Assembly: GCA_040285745.1 (NCBI GenBank) | Contig: JAUFOR010000004.1 | Span: 248,001 to 312,000 of the forward strand | Source of the DNA: Barthelona sp. PCE | Taxonomy: Eukaryota | Reading direction: 5' to 3' | DNA: 64,000 nt | In this document: positions 20,221-30,339 of the stretch, piece after piece | Layout: each line of letters begins with the position of its first letter | Numbering within the stretch: the stretch's first letter is position 1 | The notes under the pieces: model-generated | What the model was told of the DNA's origin: nothing | Database searches by the model: none | Seen by the model: only the letters and a program-made list of their open reading frames with translations | Translations under genes and position numbers: made by a program

Positions 20221-21711
20221 CTCATCTTCATCGCTAGCACTCTCCATATTCTCTTGAATATTTTCAACCATTTCAGCATGTTCAAAGTGAAGTTCATTTT
20301 CTGCAAGCTTCATGCTATGATCAACAAATGCAGGATGACGTTCGTTCGTCTTATCGACCTCGACCGCCATGTCAAATGAAGCAAGTGCATCCTGGATGGC
20401 CTCAGAACCACCAGAAAGAATTCCAACTGGGAGCTTACCGTTTGTCAGATTTTTGAGCTTAAGGAGAGACTCGCTCTCCTGGCGTAGTGTTTTAAACATC
20501 TTTGCCATACGGCCCATTGCACGGATCTTTGCTTTAATGCGGTTAGCCTTTTGTTCGTCGATTGTGCTCCTCTCTTCTGTTTTAGGAGGGTGCTTAACAG
20601 CATAATCTGCCATTGATACTAACAAACTAGTGATATTCTCTGCAATAAAAGGAAGACTCCAGCTGAAAACGTCAAGGAAGCCAGGAAGCCAGTAGGGATG
20701 AGGTGAATTGTCAAATTGCTTGAACTTGACCTTCTGCTTTGTAATAATCATAATCGCACCCTTGTTACCATATGAGTCAATGTAATTAGGTGCTGAAAAA
20801 ATGGTGATAACTGCTGGGAAGTCGATAGGCTTCAACTTCTTACCCGTACTGAATCCCTTCTCCCGAACTTCATGACCACGTATAATGGAATACAGGTTGT
20901 TACGTCGCAAGAACGCAACAGCAGCTTGGTTTCCGTAATAGACCGAACATCCTCTTTGATCGTTCGGAGCGAATTCAATATTCTTCTCTACAGGATCCGC
21001 CCATAACAGGTCAGCAAAAGCACCGCGATCTGGGGTCTCCCTGAACCGATCAATCTCTGCGATTTGATCGATTGTCTCAAGTCTAGGTGATAATCCTCCA
21101 TGGACACAAAAAAATCGATTGTCTAAGACTGCACATAATGGTAACATATCAAAAACTGAACAGAAGGCTTCATAGACTTCATCATCGTATTTGACAAGAC
21201 ACTCGGTCTTGAAATTAAAATATGCAGTCATTTGTCGACATTCATGATTTCCACGTAACATAAAAAAAGTTCTAGGAAATGCAAATTTAAGCACAAATAA
21301 CAGAATTAAAGTCTCGCATGAAAACGATCCTCTGTCGCAATAGTCGCCCAAGAAAAGATAACGTGTTGAAGCAGGACTGCCACCAAGTTCAAGTAATCTG
21401 AGTAAATCGAAAAATTGACCGTGAATATCACCTACAACAACGCAGGGGGCCTTGACCTCAAGAACATTTAGCTCATTGGAAAAGATGGTGATGCACTCTT
21501 CACATAAACGCATGATGTCAGATTTGTTCAATCTTCCCTCAAGGCGGAGGTGTTTTATCAGTGCCTCATAATCTGGGATCTCTTCCTTCCAAAGCTTATC
21601 TGAAGGGAACATTTCATTTGGGTAAGGTTGTACATCATCTACGACTCTGCTCTGTGTTGAATGCTTTAAAATAGTCTTTAAGCTGTAGTCGTTATCGGGA
21701 ACAGGTTCCAT
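20197..21711 (-). CDS. CNA: Calcineurin A (PP2B catalytic subunit)
   Basis: GDIHGQ, GDYCDRG, RGNHE, SAPNY; CnB-binding PHPYWLP..DVFSWSLPF; CaM-binding RIKAKIRAMGRMAKMFKTLRQESE; autoinhibitory SFDMAVEVDKTNERHP. Confidence 0.96.
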   Translation of the reverse strand: MEPVPDNDYSLKTILKHSTQSRVVDDVQPYPNEMFPSDKLWKEEIPDYEALIKHLRLEGRLNKSDIMRLCEECITIFSNELNVLEVKAPCVVVGDIHGQFFDLLRLLELGGSPASTRYLFLGDYCDRGSFSCETLILLFVLKFAFPRTFFMLRGNHECRQMTAYFNFKTECLVKYDDEVYEAFCSVFDMLPLCAVLDNRFFCVHGGLSPRLETIDQIAEIDRFRETPDRGAFADLLWADPVEKNIEFAPNDQRGCSVYYGNQAAVAFLRRNNLYSIIRGHEVREKGFSTGKKLKPIDFPAVITIFSAPNYIDSYGNKGAIMIITKQKVKFKQFDNSPHPYWLPGFLDVFSWSLPFIAENITSLLVSMADYAVKHPPKTEERSTIDEQKANRIKAKIRAMGRMAKMFKTLRQESESLLKLKNLTNGKLPVGILSGGSEAIQDALASFDMAVEVDKTNERHPAFVDHSMKLAENELHFEHAEMVENIQENMESASDEDELQLETNK

Positions 21712-22127
21712 TTGAACAAATAAAGGGAGAAAAAGAAGAATACAAACGTACTCTTCATTAGTTTGAAGTATAGCAAATTTGACTGTGTAGAACGCTTTAC
21801 TTTTAATTCATCGTGTTCTAGTTTCAATAAAATTGGTGTATCTCAAATTTTTGAAAATATTTTTTATCAAACTAATTAAGAGTCTTTTTTTGGATTAAAA
21901 GGTTTTTTGGGTGGTGAAAACCTTCGCATTACCCACAATTTGGTACATGAATAAAAGCTAAAAAAGGAAGAATCAACATTCTTTCCATTTTTATAGGCAG
22001 TGGCTGTTTTCTTCCGACATTTATACTTTTCCTCTTTTGATCAGTAAACACCAAGATTGTCACCGTAATAACACCTAAAAACCCACAAAACCTTGTATTA
22101 TTTTGTATAACCCTAATCTTTGTATTC

Positions 22128-25100
22128 ATGCCTTTTTTGCCGTATGAAATTGAAGACCTAGAACGGTTCTTCTTCAAAAGGGAAGACTTTTTAGCTTCTT
22201 TGACTCCCAGCACAGATGACTATTATTTTTGGAATATCCTTTCACTACAGCTCGATAACGAGAACGTCACCGAGAAGGAAACAGAACTTCTCGAACACGT
22301 AAAGGATAAATCGTCCAGAATGTATTCAGCATTTTATCAACGTGTCAAATATCGTGAATTCAACTCTGATCTGGACAAGTTCATCGAATTCTTCCAGCGT
22401 CAGTTCCCCGCATTCACCAAACCATCGTTCCAGGATATTGAAGATGTCAACGAGGTGCGCTATCCAAGCACAATGACAGCCGTTGATCTTGAAAAGGAAG
22501 TATGGCGTTTGGTCAGGCACAGACACACTATCAAACCCTTGGGCGCATTTATGCTCGCCAAGAACTTTAAGGTTGACGACGAACGCTACACCCGTCAAGT
22601 CATTGAACTTATTCTTCAGCAGCATTCTGCTCTTATGGAGAACAAGGTTGAACTTATTGCTCGCCACCTCAAGCTCAGCATCGAGGAAGAAAAGAGTATC
22701 AACCTGCGTGTCTTGGACACAATGACACTAGATGAGCTGAAGGAATTGCTCGATGTTCATGATTCATATAAGTATGAAATTGCTCTTGTTGAATATATCT
22801 TTGCTAGAATCTATAACCCTGATCACACAGGTTGGGACATTGAGACTTTGGAGTCCTACGAAGTTGGTTCCCTCACTGCTTACGATATCGGTCTTAAGTA
22901 TGCTGCGCTTTATGCAAAGCACGACCTCAATATGGAGATTACAATGGACGAGCTGGCCGCTTTCATCGCCACTGGTTGTGTCCGCGATGCTGGTCTCGCT
23001 GTCCGTAAGCAGGTTGGCGACCGTCATGTCACCGAGTTCGTTGTTCAAAACATTCGGTTTTTCGATTGCCTCCCAGTATCATCAATTGACTTGACTATTA
23101 TCGAGCACTGGGTTTTACGTGCCTTTATGAAGGACATTACATACCCACGCGACAAGGATCACTTCGGTGATGTGTGTATGGATTTCTTGGAGAAGGTACA
23201 GTTCCGCGCGACACTTTACATCGGTGGTGAGTACCAGAAATACCAGAAGTACGATCACCTGTTCCAGTCTGAGATCAGCCGTGAAACGTTCATGTTCTTG
23301 AAGAAACTCAATGAGCTTCCCGAATCCGAGGAGTCAATTACCATCCCTGTAATGATCAAGAACATTCCAGAGCTTGAGGTGCGCGTCTACCATCTCTACT
23401 CTGAGCTCCTCGCCAAAGACGGTATCACCCCTTTCGTTGCGATGGATCTCTCAGGCTGGATTCCGAACTCTGTCGATAAGTACTCATACGACACCCCCGC
23501 ACACATCGTGCATGACGAGGAGTTCTCCTTCGATCTCCCCAAGCGTTGTTACCGCATCGTTGACTTCGTCAGTAAGGACAAGTCATGGCGCGTTCTCATT
23601 AAGAAGGGTCTCGTCTCCGTCAACGTGAAGCCTGACATCGACGGACAAGAGTTGACTGTCTTCAGCTCTGTACCCGATAAGGTGCCTGTTAAGGTCCATC
23701 TCGGAACGACCGTCTATGGCAGCAACGAAAGTAACGTTGTTGAGCTTCCCTTTATGTCATCCACGCGCTCCCAGCGTGTCAAACTCGAGATGGATGGATT
23801 CTGGCAGTTTATGGACGTGCAGCTGTACGGCGAAGACTTCAAGGTTGACAACGGTATCATTGCCATAGCCGAGACGCTGGTTCCTGGCTCAGAAGGTACT
23901 GTCCTCATCTACCCCACTCTCACCGCCCATGGTGTCCCCATCTCAACAAATGATATTATCAGTCGCAAGGCTGTCGTTGTTTGTCAGGGAGAATCTGTGT
24001 TTTCGAAGAGATATGATTTGGAAACTCCCGATCGCCTCGTTGAGCTCAAGTTCAACGTTCCCAGCGATACCTACAAAGTTTCTGTTTCTGTTGACACCGA
24101 GTATCAACTCCAGCGTAACGTTGGTACTCATAACGCACAACAGAGTTTTAATGTCCAGTGTGTCGTCCCCGAAAAGCTTCTTGGTCTCACAGTTGTTGGC
24201 GATATTAACGAATTTGTCCTTGAGTTGCGGTCTCCCACCGGTGATGCCGTTTCAAACGTTGAGCTGGATATTAAACTGAACTCTATGCTCTTGTCCGAAC
24301 CTCACAGCGTCATCTTGTCAACTGATGATAACGGTCAAGTTCACCTTGGCGATCTCAGTGGTTTTGTTAACGTTGCCGTTAAGGATTACGGATTCTTCAA
24401 CGTTCCACACCCGCGCACATCATGTATTGAGAAGGAGATCCGCACACTCGATGCCACAATTGATGTACCTTTCTCGGCCGCCGGAGATGCGCACAGCAGT
24501 GTTATTCTTATGAAGGCTAGTCGTCAAGGGAAGTTCGTTAATGCTATTGAAGTAGAAGTCGATAGTGTCAACAAATGTGTTTCGATGGCTCTTGAGCCTG
24601 GACATTACATGCTTTTCATGTCTTCCGTCACAACAGCGGTCAAGTTACAGCATATACACGTGTATGCTGCTGCCGATCGCTTTGGTGAGTCGAGTTTTGT
24701 CTATGATCGTTTACGTAGCACTCTCTACCCTGTCACTTCATTCAGTTGTGGCACAGTTTCTGCTATTGAACGCCAGACCGACGGTTCACTGAAGGTCTTC
24801 TCACTGTATAGCACAGCTTCAACCCGAGCCCATGTTTTGGCTTTCCCTCATCATGTACCAGCGGATGCCTTCGATCTTATGCTGAGTCGTATCCCCAAGC
24901 AGTACGAGCGCGAGGTGTCATTATCACGCACCAGTAAGGTGTCGTACACATCAGACCGCATGCTTTCTTCCACTGAAATTTATGTAGCAGAACGTCGCAA
25001 TCACGAGTTTAGATTGGGCGTCAACCTCTCCCATCCCACGATGCTTCTCCAACCAATGAACGTGGGCACCGCCTCCAACGCTGCGGCTAAAGAATTTGAT

Positions 25101-28100
25101 GGAACCAATTTTGAATGCGAAAAAGAAGAAGAAGATTGTGAGCCCCTTAGATTGAACCGACGTCGTAGTAGGAAGAAGAAGAAAATGAGCTTAAGAAAAC
25201 CCATGGCCGCCCCACAACAGTTCAGCAAACAAGAAGCTTATGGTGGTTTTAGCTATTCTCTCGAGTGTTGCGACGAGCCGTGTCGAAGAGAAGGAAGGGG
25301 TTCCGTTGTCAATGTTCGCCCTCTCCTTTCATATCTGAGCACTCCCAACAATATCATGCTCAATATCGAGATCGATGATGAAGGTACATTCACAATCCCC
25401 GCTGATATCTTGAAGGACCAGCGTAACATTGTTATTGTATTGGATGATTATAACTGTAGTTTTGGTTTCGCACATTCTTACAGCATTCCCGATGTTCCCA
25501 TTAATGCTGAGATACCTACACACCCCATTGAGCTGTTGGGTGAGGACTCTCTCGATTCTGAGAAGGCCTACATCGATGCACTCCTGTGTGATACTACGCT
25601 CGAGCCACTACCATTCGGCACAAAGAACCGCGTTTACAAATCTCTCACTGATCTCTGGATTTTGTTCCAGGATTCATTCGGAGCCAACGCTTTGAAGGAG
25701 TTCGAGTGGCTGACGGAAGACCTGACCGCAGAAGAGATGAAGGAGAAGTTGCACACGTACTGGTGCGACGAGGTTGCTTTCTTTATCATGCTTCAGCGCC
25801 CAGACCTCTTTGACACGTGTGTGCGCCCCTTCCTTCATCACAAACTGGATCGCAACATGCTTGAGAACATTATGCTGTATCTTAACGATCGCGAGCATCT
25901 GGTTTCCATTTTGCAAAAGTATCGCGAGCCCACTTACAACAAAAAGCTGAGTATCTTCGAGCGTATTCTACTTGTTGCTCTCACAGAGGAGGACATGACC
26001 GTCTACTCCAAGGATACTACCCACACTGGTGAGAAGAACAAGTGCTCGGCATCCCATTACGCATCTCTCTTTAACACCGCGCTCAACGCTGAGCCTCTGG
26101 ATATCGCAGAGGAGCCTGAACCTGAGCCCAATGAAGAAGAGCTATTTGATTCAGATTCAGACTCCGAATCATCAGAAGATGAAATCCAACCTGAAGTTTC
26201 GATTGTCTTACCAACTTCTATTCCTAGAATGGCATTTTGCGCACCAGCTCCTTGTTCAATGGAAATGGAACTGGATATGGCTCCTCCGTGCCCTCCAGGA
26301 GCCCCAGCCCCACGTTCTTCTGCTAGAGCTCCTAGTGTTAGGAGGGCTAAGGGTCGCATATCGAAGAAGAAGAAGGTTTCACGTAAGCGCGCTCACAGTA
26401 AGAAGCCCGCTGCCGTATATCGTCCTATCGTTGCAACTAAGAAATACGTTGAGACTTCATGGTACAATATGGACAACAATGCCAGTCATGATGTGTTCCG
26501 CATCTCTCTCTTCTGGGGTGAGTTCGCCCAACACATGGCGAGCATTCCTTATGAGGACCGTTTCGATCCTCTTAACTGGAGCTTCAAGAGCGAGCATATT
26601 TTGAGACTCATTGAGAGCACAATCAACTTCCACGAGCTTATCTTTGCGTTTGCTCTGTTTGATCTTTCAAGCAACGTTTTCTGTCGCTTCTATAGATCAT
26701 TCGGTGAAGTTCCCGTTACAGATTCCGTGGACCATATCGTTATCAGACAGCAAATCTTTGATCCGACAAAGAAGGACCCCACCACTGGCTTGGCATTGCC
26801 TGCTGGTAAAGAGTTGTTGATCAATCATATATATACGTGCGAGATCATTTGCTTCAATCTTTCTTCAGTTTCACAGTCTATTTCTGTATTGCGCCAGGTG
26901 CCACGTGGTGCCGTCGCTTTGGATCTGAAGAATACATTCTCCGATCATGTCACGATCAGACCGTTCCAGGCGAGCAAAGTTTCGTACCGCTTCTTCATTC
27001 CTCGCATCTGTGATTTTTACATGTTCCCCGCCACCGTGTGCAAGCTCACTGATTTCCTGGGTAAGGCTGACGTTTTGACCAGGTCCATCGTCAAGACCTA
27101 CACGGTTGTCGATGTTGAATCATGGAGGCGTGTTTCCGTTAAGGGTTCGCTGGACGATGTCTGCTCCTTCCTTAAGAACAAGTACGTCGCTCCGAGTGAG
27201 TATAATTACTGCTACTGGCGCGTCAATGACTCGGCTGAGGCATTCGAGCGTATAACTACAATCGTAATTGAGAATGGCGTGAATGACACTGATCTTCTCA
27301 AGATGTCCTTTAAATACAAGCACGCTCACTTTATGCGTTTATACTTCAAGCATAAGCGCCCTGATGCCAACATGCTACTCAGAGTCTTTAAGTGTGACGG
27401 TTTTGAGATTAGCCATCCTGCATACCGCTTCCAGGAATTCGAGCCATACGTCACCCAGCGAGTTTTCAGTCTGGGCGACTACTGGCAATCCCAGGAAGTC
27501 AGGAACAAGTACGTTGAGACGCTTGAGCTGTTGGTTATGAGCCCGAAGCCTGACCCGATCCTTTGTGTGTACGCTGCGTACTATATGCTCCTTGTTGAGC
27601 GTTTTACTGATGCCGAGAAGTACATGGCGCGTGTTCCAGCTGAGCACGACACACCGTTCTCTGATTTGATACGTGCTTATCTCGATGTCATCAACGGCGA
27701 CCTCACAGTTGCACGCGAGCTCGTCAAGAAGCACGAGGACGTCACGCATCTGCGCCTAAAGCCTCACTTTAAGGAGATCGATCTTTTGATCAGAGAACTT
27801 GATGGTGAGGATGTGTCTAAGTACCAGACCGTTGAAACCTTTGAGAAGGACGACCACATGGCTCACAGATCACGCCAGCAGGAGATTGGACTCATTGAGG
27901 AGACTGCAAAGTACCTCAATCTGAAGGCCGGTAAGAATTGCGTCACGATCGACAGCGATTTCGAGGCAGTCAGTCTCTTGTTCTATCCTCTGGAGGCTGA
28001 GATCCTCTTCTCCAACAAGCCGTTCGATATTAACGATGCCACGCGCAAACCGTTAATTTCGCCTGCCGTTACTTTGGAAACCACCGAAAAGCGCGTCCCC

Positions 28101-28445
28101 ATCCCCGAGGAGATCTCCAACAACTCTGTAATTGTGGAGGCACGTGGTAGCGGCGTCTCAAAGCGCGTTATCGTCCATCCTGCCAAGTTCGACGTTGAAC
28201 TTCGTCAAAAGGCCGGTATTCTCGTCGCCAAGCTCGATGGTGCACCTCTGCCTCGTCTTTACTGCAAGGTCTACAAGAACCCAGGTGCCGGCTTCCTCAA
28301 GGACGGCTACACCGATCGCCGTGGTGCGTTCGACTACTTCAGTGTTTCCACTGGTGATCCGAAGTCCATCAAACGCCTCAGTGTGTTTGTTTGGAGCCCC
28401 GACCATGGCCATGCTATCGTGGAGGCTAAACCGCCCACGATGTAA
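22128..28445 (+). CDS. 2105-aa uncharacterised protein of a family I recall from amoebae/ciliates and Planctomycetes/myxobacteria (Dictyostelium AbpF-like, macroglobulin-like beta domains)
   Basis: 6.3-kb ORF; C-terminal YCKVY...FLKDGYTDRRGAFDYFSVST...LSVFVWSPDHGHAIVEAKPP and LRQVPRGAV...YRFFIP...FYMFPATV segments; CDS certain, family from memory. Confidence 0.7.
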   Translation: MPFLPYEIEDLERFFFKREDFLASLTPSTDDYYFWNILSLQLDNENVTEKETELLEHVKDKSSRMYSAFYQRVKYREFNSDLDKFIEFFQRQFPAFTKPSFQDIEDVNEVRYPSTMTAVDLEKEVWRLVRHRHTIKPLGAFMLAKNFKVDDERYTRQVIELILQQHSALMENKVELIARHLKLSIEEEKSINLRVLDTMTLDELKELLDVHDSYKYEIALVEYIFARIYNPDHTGWDIETLESYEVGSLTAYDIGLKYAALYAKHDLNMEITMDELAAFIATGCVRDAGLAVRKQVGDRHVTEFVVQNIRFFDCLPVSSIDLTIIEHWVLRAFMKDITYPRDKDHFGDVCMDFLEKVQFRATLYIGGEYQKYQKYDHLFQSEISRETFMFLKKLNELPESEESITIPVMIKNIPELEVRVYHLYSELLAKDGITPFVAMDLSGWIPNSVDKYSYDTPAHIVHDEEFSFDLPKRCYRIVDFVSKDKSWRVLIKKGLVSVNVKPDIDGQELTVFSSVPDKVPVKVHLGTTVYGSNESNVVELPFMSSTRSQRVKLEMDGFWQFMDVQLYGEDFKVDNGIIAIAETLVPGSEGTVLIYPTLTAHGVPISTNDIISRKAVVVCQGESVFSKRYDLETPDRLVELKFNVPSDTYKVSVSVDTEYQLQRNVGTHNAQQSFNVQCVVPEKLLGLTVVGDINEFVLELRSPTGDAVSNVELDIKLNSMLLSEPHSVILSTDDNGQVHLGDLSGFVNVAVKDYGFFNVPHPRTSCIEKEIRTLDATIDVPFSAAGDAHSSVILMKASRQGKFVNAIEVEVDSVNKCVSMALEPGHYMLFMSSVTTAVKLQHIHVYAAADRFGESSFVYDRLRSTLYPVTSFSCGTVSAIERQTDGSLKVFSLYSTASTRAHVLAFPHHVPADAFDLMLSRIPKQYEREVSLSRTSKVSYTSDRMLSSTEIYVAERRNHEFRLGVNLSHPTMLLQPMNVGTASNAAAKEFDGTNFECEKEEEDCEPLRLNRRRSRKKKKMSLRKPMAAPQQFSKQEAYGGFSYSLECCDEPCRREGRGSVVNVRPLLSYLSTPNNIMLNIEIDDEGTFTIPADILKDQRNIVIVLDDYNCSFGFAHSYSIPDVPINAEIPTHPIELLGEDSLDSEKAYIDALLCDTTLEPLPFGTKNRVYKSLTDLWILFQDSFGANALKEFEWLTEDLTAEEMKEKLHTYWCDEVAFFIMLQRPDLFDTCVRPFLHHKLDRNMLENIMLYLNDREHLVSILQKYREPTYNKKLSIFERILLVALTEEDMTVYSKDTTHTGEKNKCSASHYASLFNTALNAEPLDIAEEPEPEPNEEELFDSDSDSESSEDEIQPEVSIVLPTSIPRMAFCAPAPCSMEMELDMAPPCPPGAPAPRSSARAPSVRRAKGRISKKKKVSRKRAHSKKPAAVYRPIVATKKYVETSWYNMDNNASHDVFRISLFWGEFAQHMASIPYEDRFDPLNWSFKSEHILRLIESTINFHELIFAFALFDLSSNVFCRFYRSFGEVPVTDSVDHIVIRQQIFDPTKKDPTTGLALPAGKELLINHIYTCEIICFNLSSVSQSISVLRQVPRGAVALDLKNTFSDHVTIRPFQASKVSYRFFIPRICDFYMFPATVCKLTDFLGKADVLTRSIVKTYTVVDVESWRRVSVKGSLDDVCSFLKNKYVAPSEYNYCYWRVNDSAEAFERITTIVIENGVNDTDLLKMSFKYKHAHFMRLYFKHKRPDANMLLRVFKCDGFEISHPAYRFQEFEPYVTQRVFSLGDYWQSQEVRNKYVETLELLVMSPKPDPILCVYAAYYMLLVERFTDAEKYMARVPAEHDTPFSDLIRAYLDVINGDLTVARELVKKHEDVTHLRLKPHFKEIDLLIRELDGEDVSKYQTVETFEKDDHMAHRSRQQEIGLIEETAKYLNLKAGKNCVTIDSDFEAVSLLFYPLEAEILFSNKPFDINDATRKPLISPAVTLETTEKRVPIPEEISNNSVIVEARGSGVSKRVIVHPAKFDVELRQKAGILVAKLDGAPLPRLYCKVYKNPGAGFLKDGYTDRRGAFDYFSVSTGDPKSIKRLSVFVWSPDHGHAIVEAKPPTM

Positions 28446-28488
28446 TTGTCTTTATAAATAAATTGTTTCGAATTTTTTTTTACTAGAA

Positions 28489-28983
28489 TCAACAGTATCG
28501 AAGCCTAAAGATGTCATTGAACTCAGAAAACTTGTCCATAAAGCCTTTAAATGCTGAATACATCTCAGTTTGTGCAAAATCTCTGCATTTTTGATAAACA
28601 TCAAAGTAAACATCCAACTTCTGCAGTTCCTCCAGTTTCCCAGCATATTCTTGCTCATATAACACTTTAAAAGCGAGATACTGTTCAGCCATATCAGAGA
28701 AACGTGTGGCAAAAGTTGAGCTCAAGGTATCGCTTAACTCAAATTCCTGAACAATACCATCAATTTTCTTAACAAATTCCATAGTCTTTTCGCCCATGCA
28801 CTTTTCCATCGTTTGATCCGCAGGGAACAACTCATAAAAATCAAATGCGTCAAGTTCAAGCAGGGCAGCACAACTGTCAAAGTGCGCTGTCAATGCAGTG
28901 TACTTCTCTTTAATTGAATTGGGCACGTGCTGGTTAAGTGCATTAAAAGAGATAACAAGCAGCAGCATACGCAGTTTTCCCAT
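28489..28983 (-). CDS. Hypothetical helical protein (164 aa)
   Basis: ATG-started ORF filling the gap between genes; AGTAAA just after the stop. Confidence 0.55.
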   Translation of the reverse strand: MGKLRMLLLVISFNALNQHVPNSIKEKYTALTAHFDSCAALLELDAFDFYELFPADQTMEKCMGEKTMEFVKKIDGIVQEFELSDTLSSTFATRFSDMAEQYLAFKVLYEQEYAGKLEELQKLDVYFDVYQKCRDFAQTEMYSAFKGFMDKFSEFNDIFRLRYC

Positions 28984-29030
28984 TTTGTGTTAATCAATTA
29001 CTGATCAAAATCACTGTTACTCAATGTTTT

Positions 29031-29900
29031 TTATTCAACAGACTTGATGAACTCTATTACAGCACTTGCCACCTCTGCAGTATGTGCCAATTGCATTTCA
29101 TGATAACCATTTTCGATAACATGTATCTTTGATTCAGTTTTCTGCACCCATTCATCACTATGCTCGAACGGAACGACCAAATCATCCGTTCCCCAAATCA
29201 AAAGCGTGGGTAGGTCACCGAGCGACTGTGCCTCTTCTTGAAGATCAAACCAACGAAAGTTACGATAGTATCTTGACAGTGCCTTCATACTAAAATTTTC
29301 AAGTTCAAACATTTGTTCATAGAATTGCAACATCGCCCTGGACACCTCAGGGATATCCACACTGTTTGCAAAATCACGTAAACCGCCACGTCCAAACAAA
29401 CCCATCAAAAGACCACCTATTAACGGAAGACGGAGGATTCGTTGAAGTATATTCTGTGCTATTCCAAAGCCTGCCGGTGCACAAAGCACGATTTTCTGTA
29501 CATTTAAGGATAGATTCTTTTTTGAATACCAGTACGCGGCAATACCTCCTCCCATAGAGTGACCTAATAGATAGAAAGGTTCTTTGTTAGGGAAAAAGTG
29601 AAGGAAAAGCTGGTTGAGCACATCTGCCACGTAAATTTCTGAGCCTGTAAAGTTGGAATTACTGTAGTAGTCGGCTGTTTCGGGATGATGACCGCATCCT
29701 GGTAAATCAATGCATATTGTTGGGTAATTGAGCTCCATTTGAAATTTCTCCCACAACAGATAACCTACTGAAAAGCCATGGATGACTACAAGTGGTTTTT
29801 GTTGAAAAATATCCTCAACTGCGTCAGAACAGATGCTATAGTGCAAAGGCTGTTCGTTTATCTCGAAAGAGGCCCTTTTGATAGAAAAATCGGTGGTCAT
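29031..29900 (-). CDS. Alpha/beta fold hydrolase
   Basis: VVIHGF, IDLPGCG, nucleophile elbow GHSMGG, LIWGTDDLVVP, catalytic His GYHE. Confidence 0.93.
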   Translation of the reverse strand: MTTDFSIKRASFEINEQPLHYSICSDAVEDIFQQKPLVVIHGFSVGYLLWEKFQMELNYPTICIDLPGCGHHPETADYYSNSNFTGSEIYVADVLNQLFLHFFPNKEPFYLLGHSMGGGIAAYWYSKKNLSLNVQKIVLCAPAGFGIAQNILQRILRLPLIGGLLMGLFGRGGLRDFANSVDIPEVSRAMLQFYEQMFELENFSMKALSRYYRNFRWFDLQEEAQSLGDLPTLLIWGTDDLVVPFEHSDEWVQKTESKIHVIENGYHEMQLAHTAEVASAVIEFIKSVE

Positions 29901-30339
29901 CGAAAAGAGCGGGAAAAGGAAAAAAAAAGTTATACATTCTTGGAAATTCTGATACTGTGCTGTTTATGGATCTTCTGGCGTATAATCTTGTCATTTTTTT
30001 GTGATTTTTTCCGTTTTTAACGGAAACTTTCTGAACAGCAGGTTTTTTCCTCCATGACCTTTGTGGCACTGTGACTAATTGTGCGTTGCATGACTGGGCA
30101 AACGATACAGCTGGATGATGGAAGGGCCACTTAAATAGGTTGAATATGATTATCAAAGCGAAAAATCCAACAAATAATAAAGAATCGTTAGAGATTTTCT
30201 TGCTGAGGTGCCAATGCAAATATCTTTTTGTGGACTCTAAATGAACTGGTTATAGTGTTATTCAAGTTGAAATGAAAATAACCTGTTACTGCAACTATTT
30301 CCCATTTCTTTTTCTTCCTTGGTTTATTGCTTGATTTGT

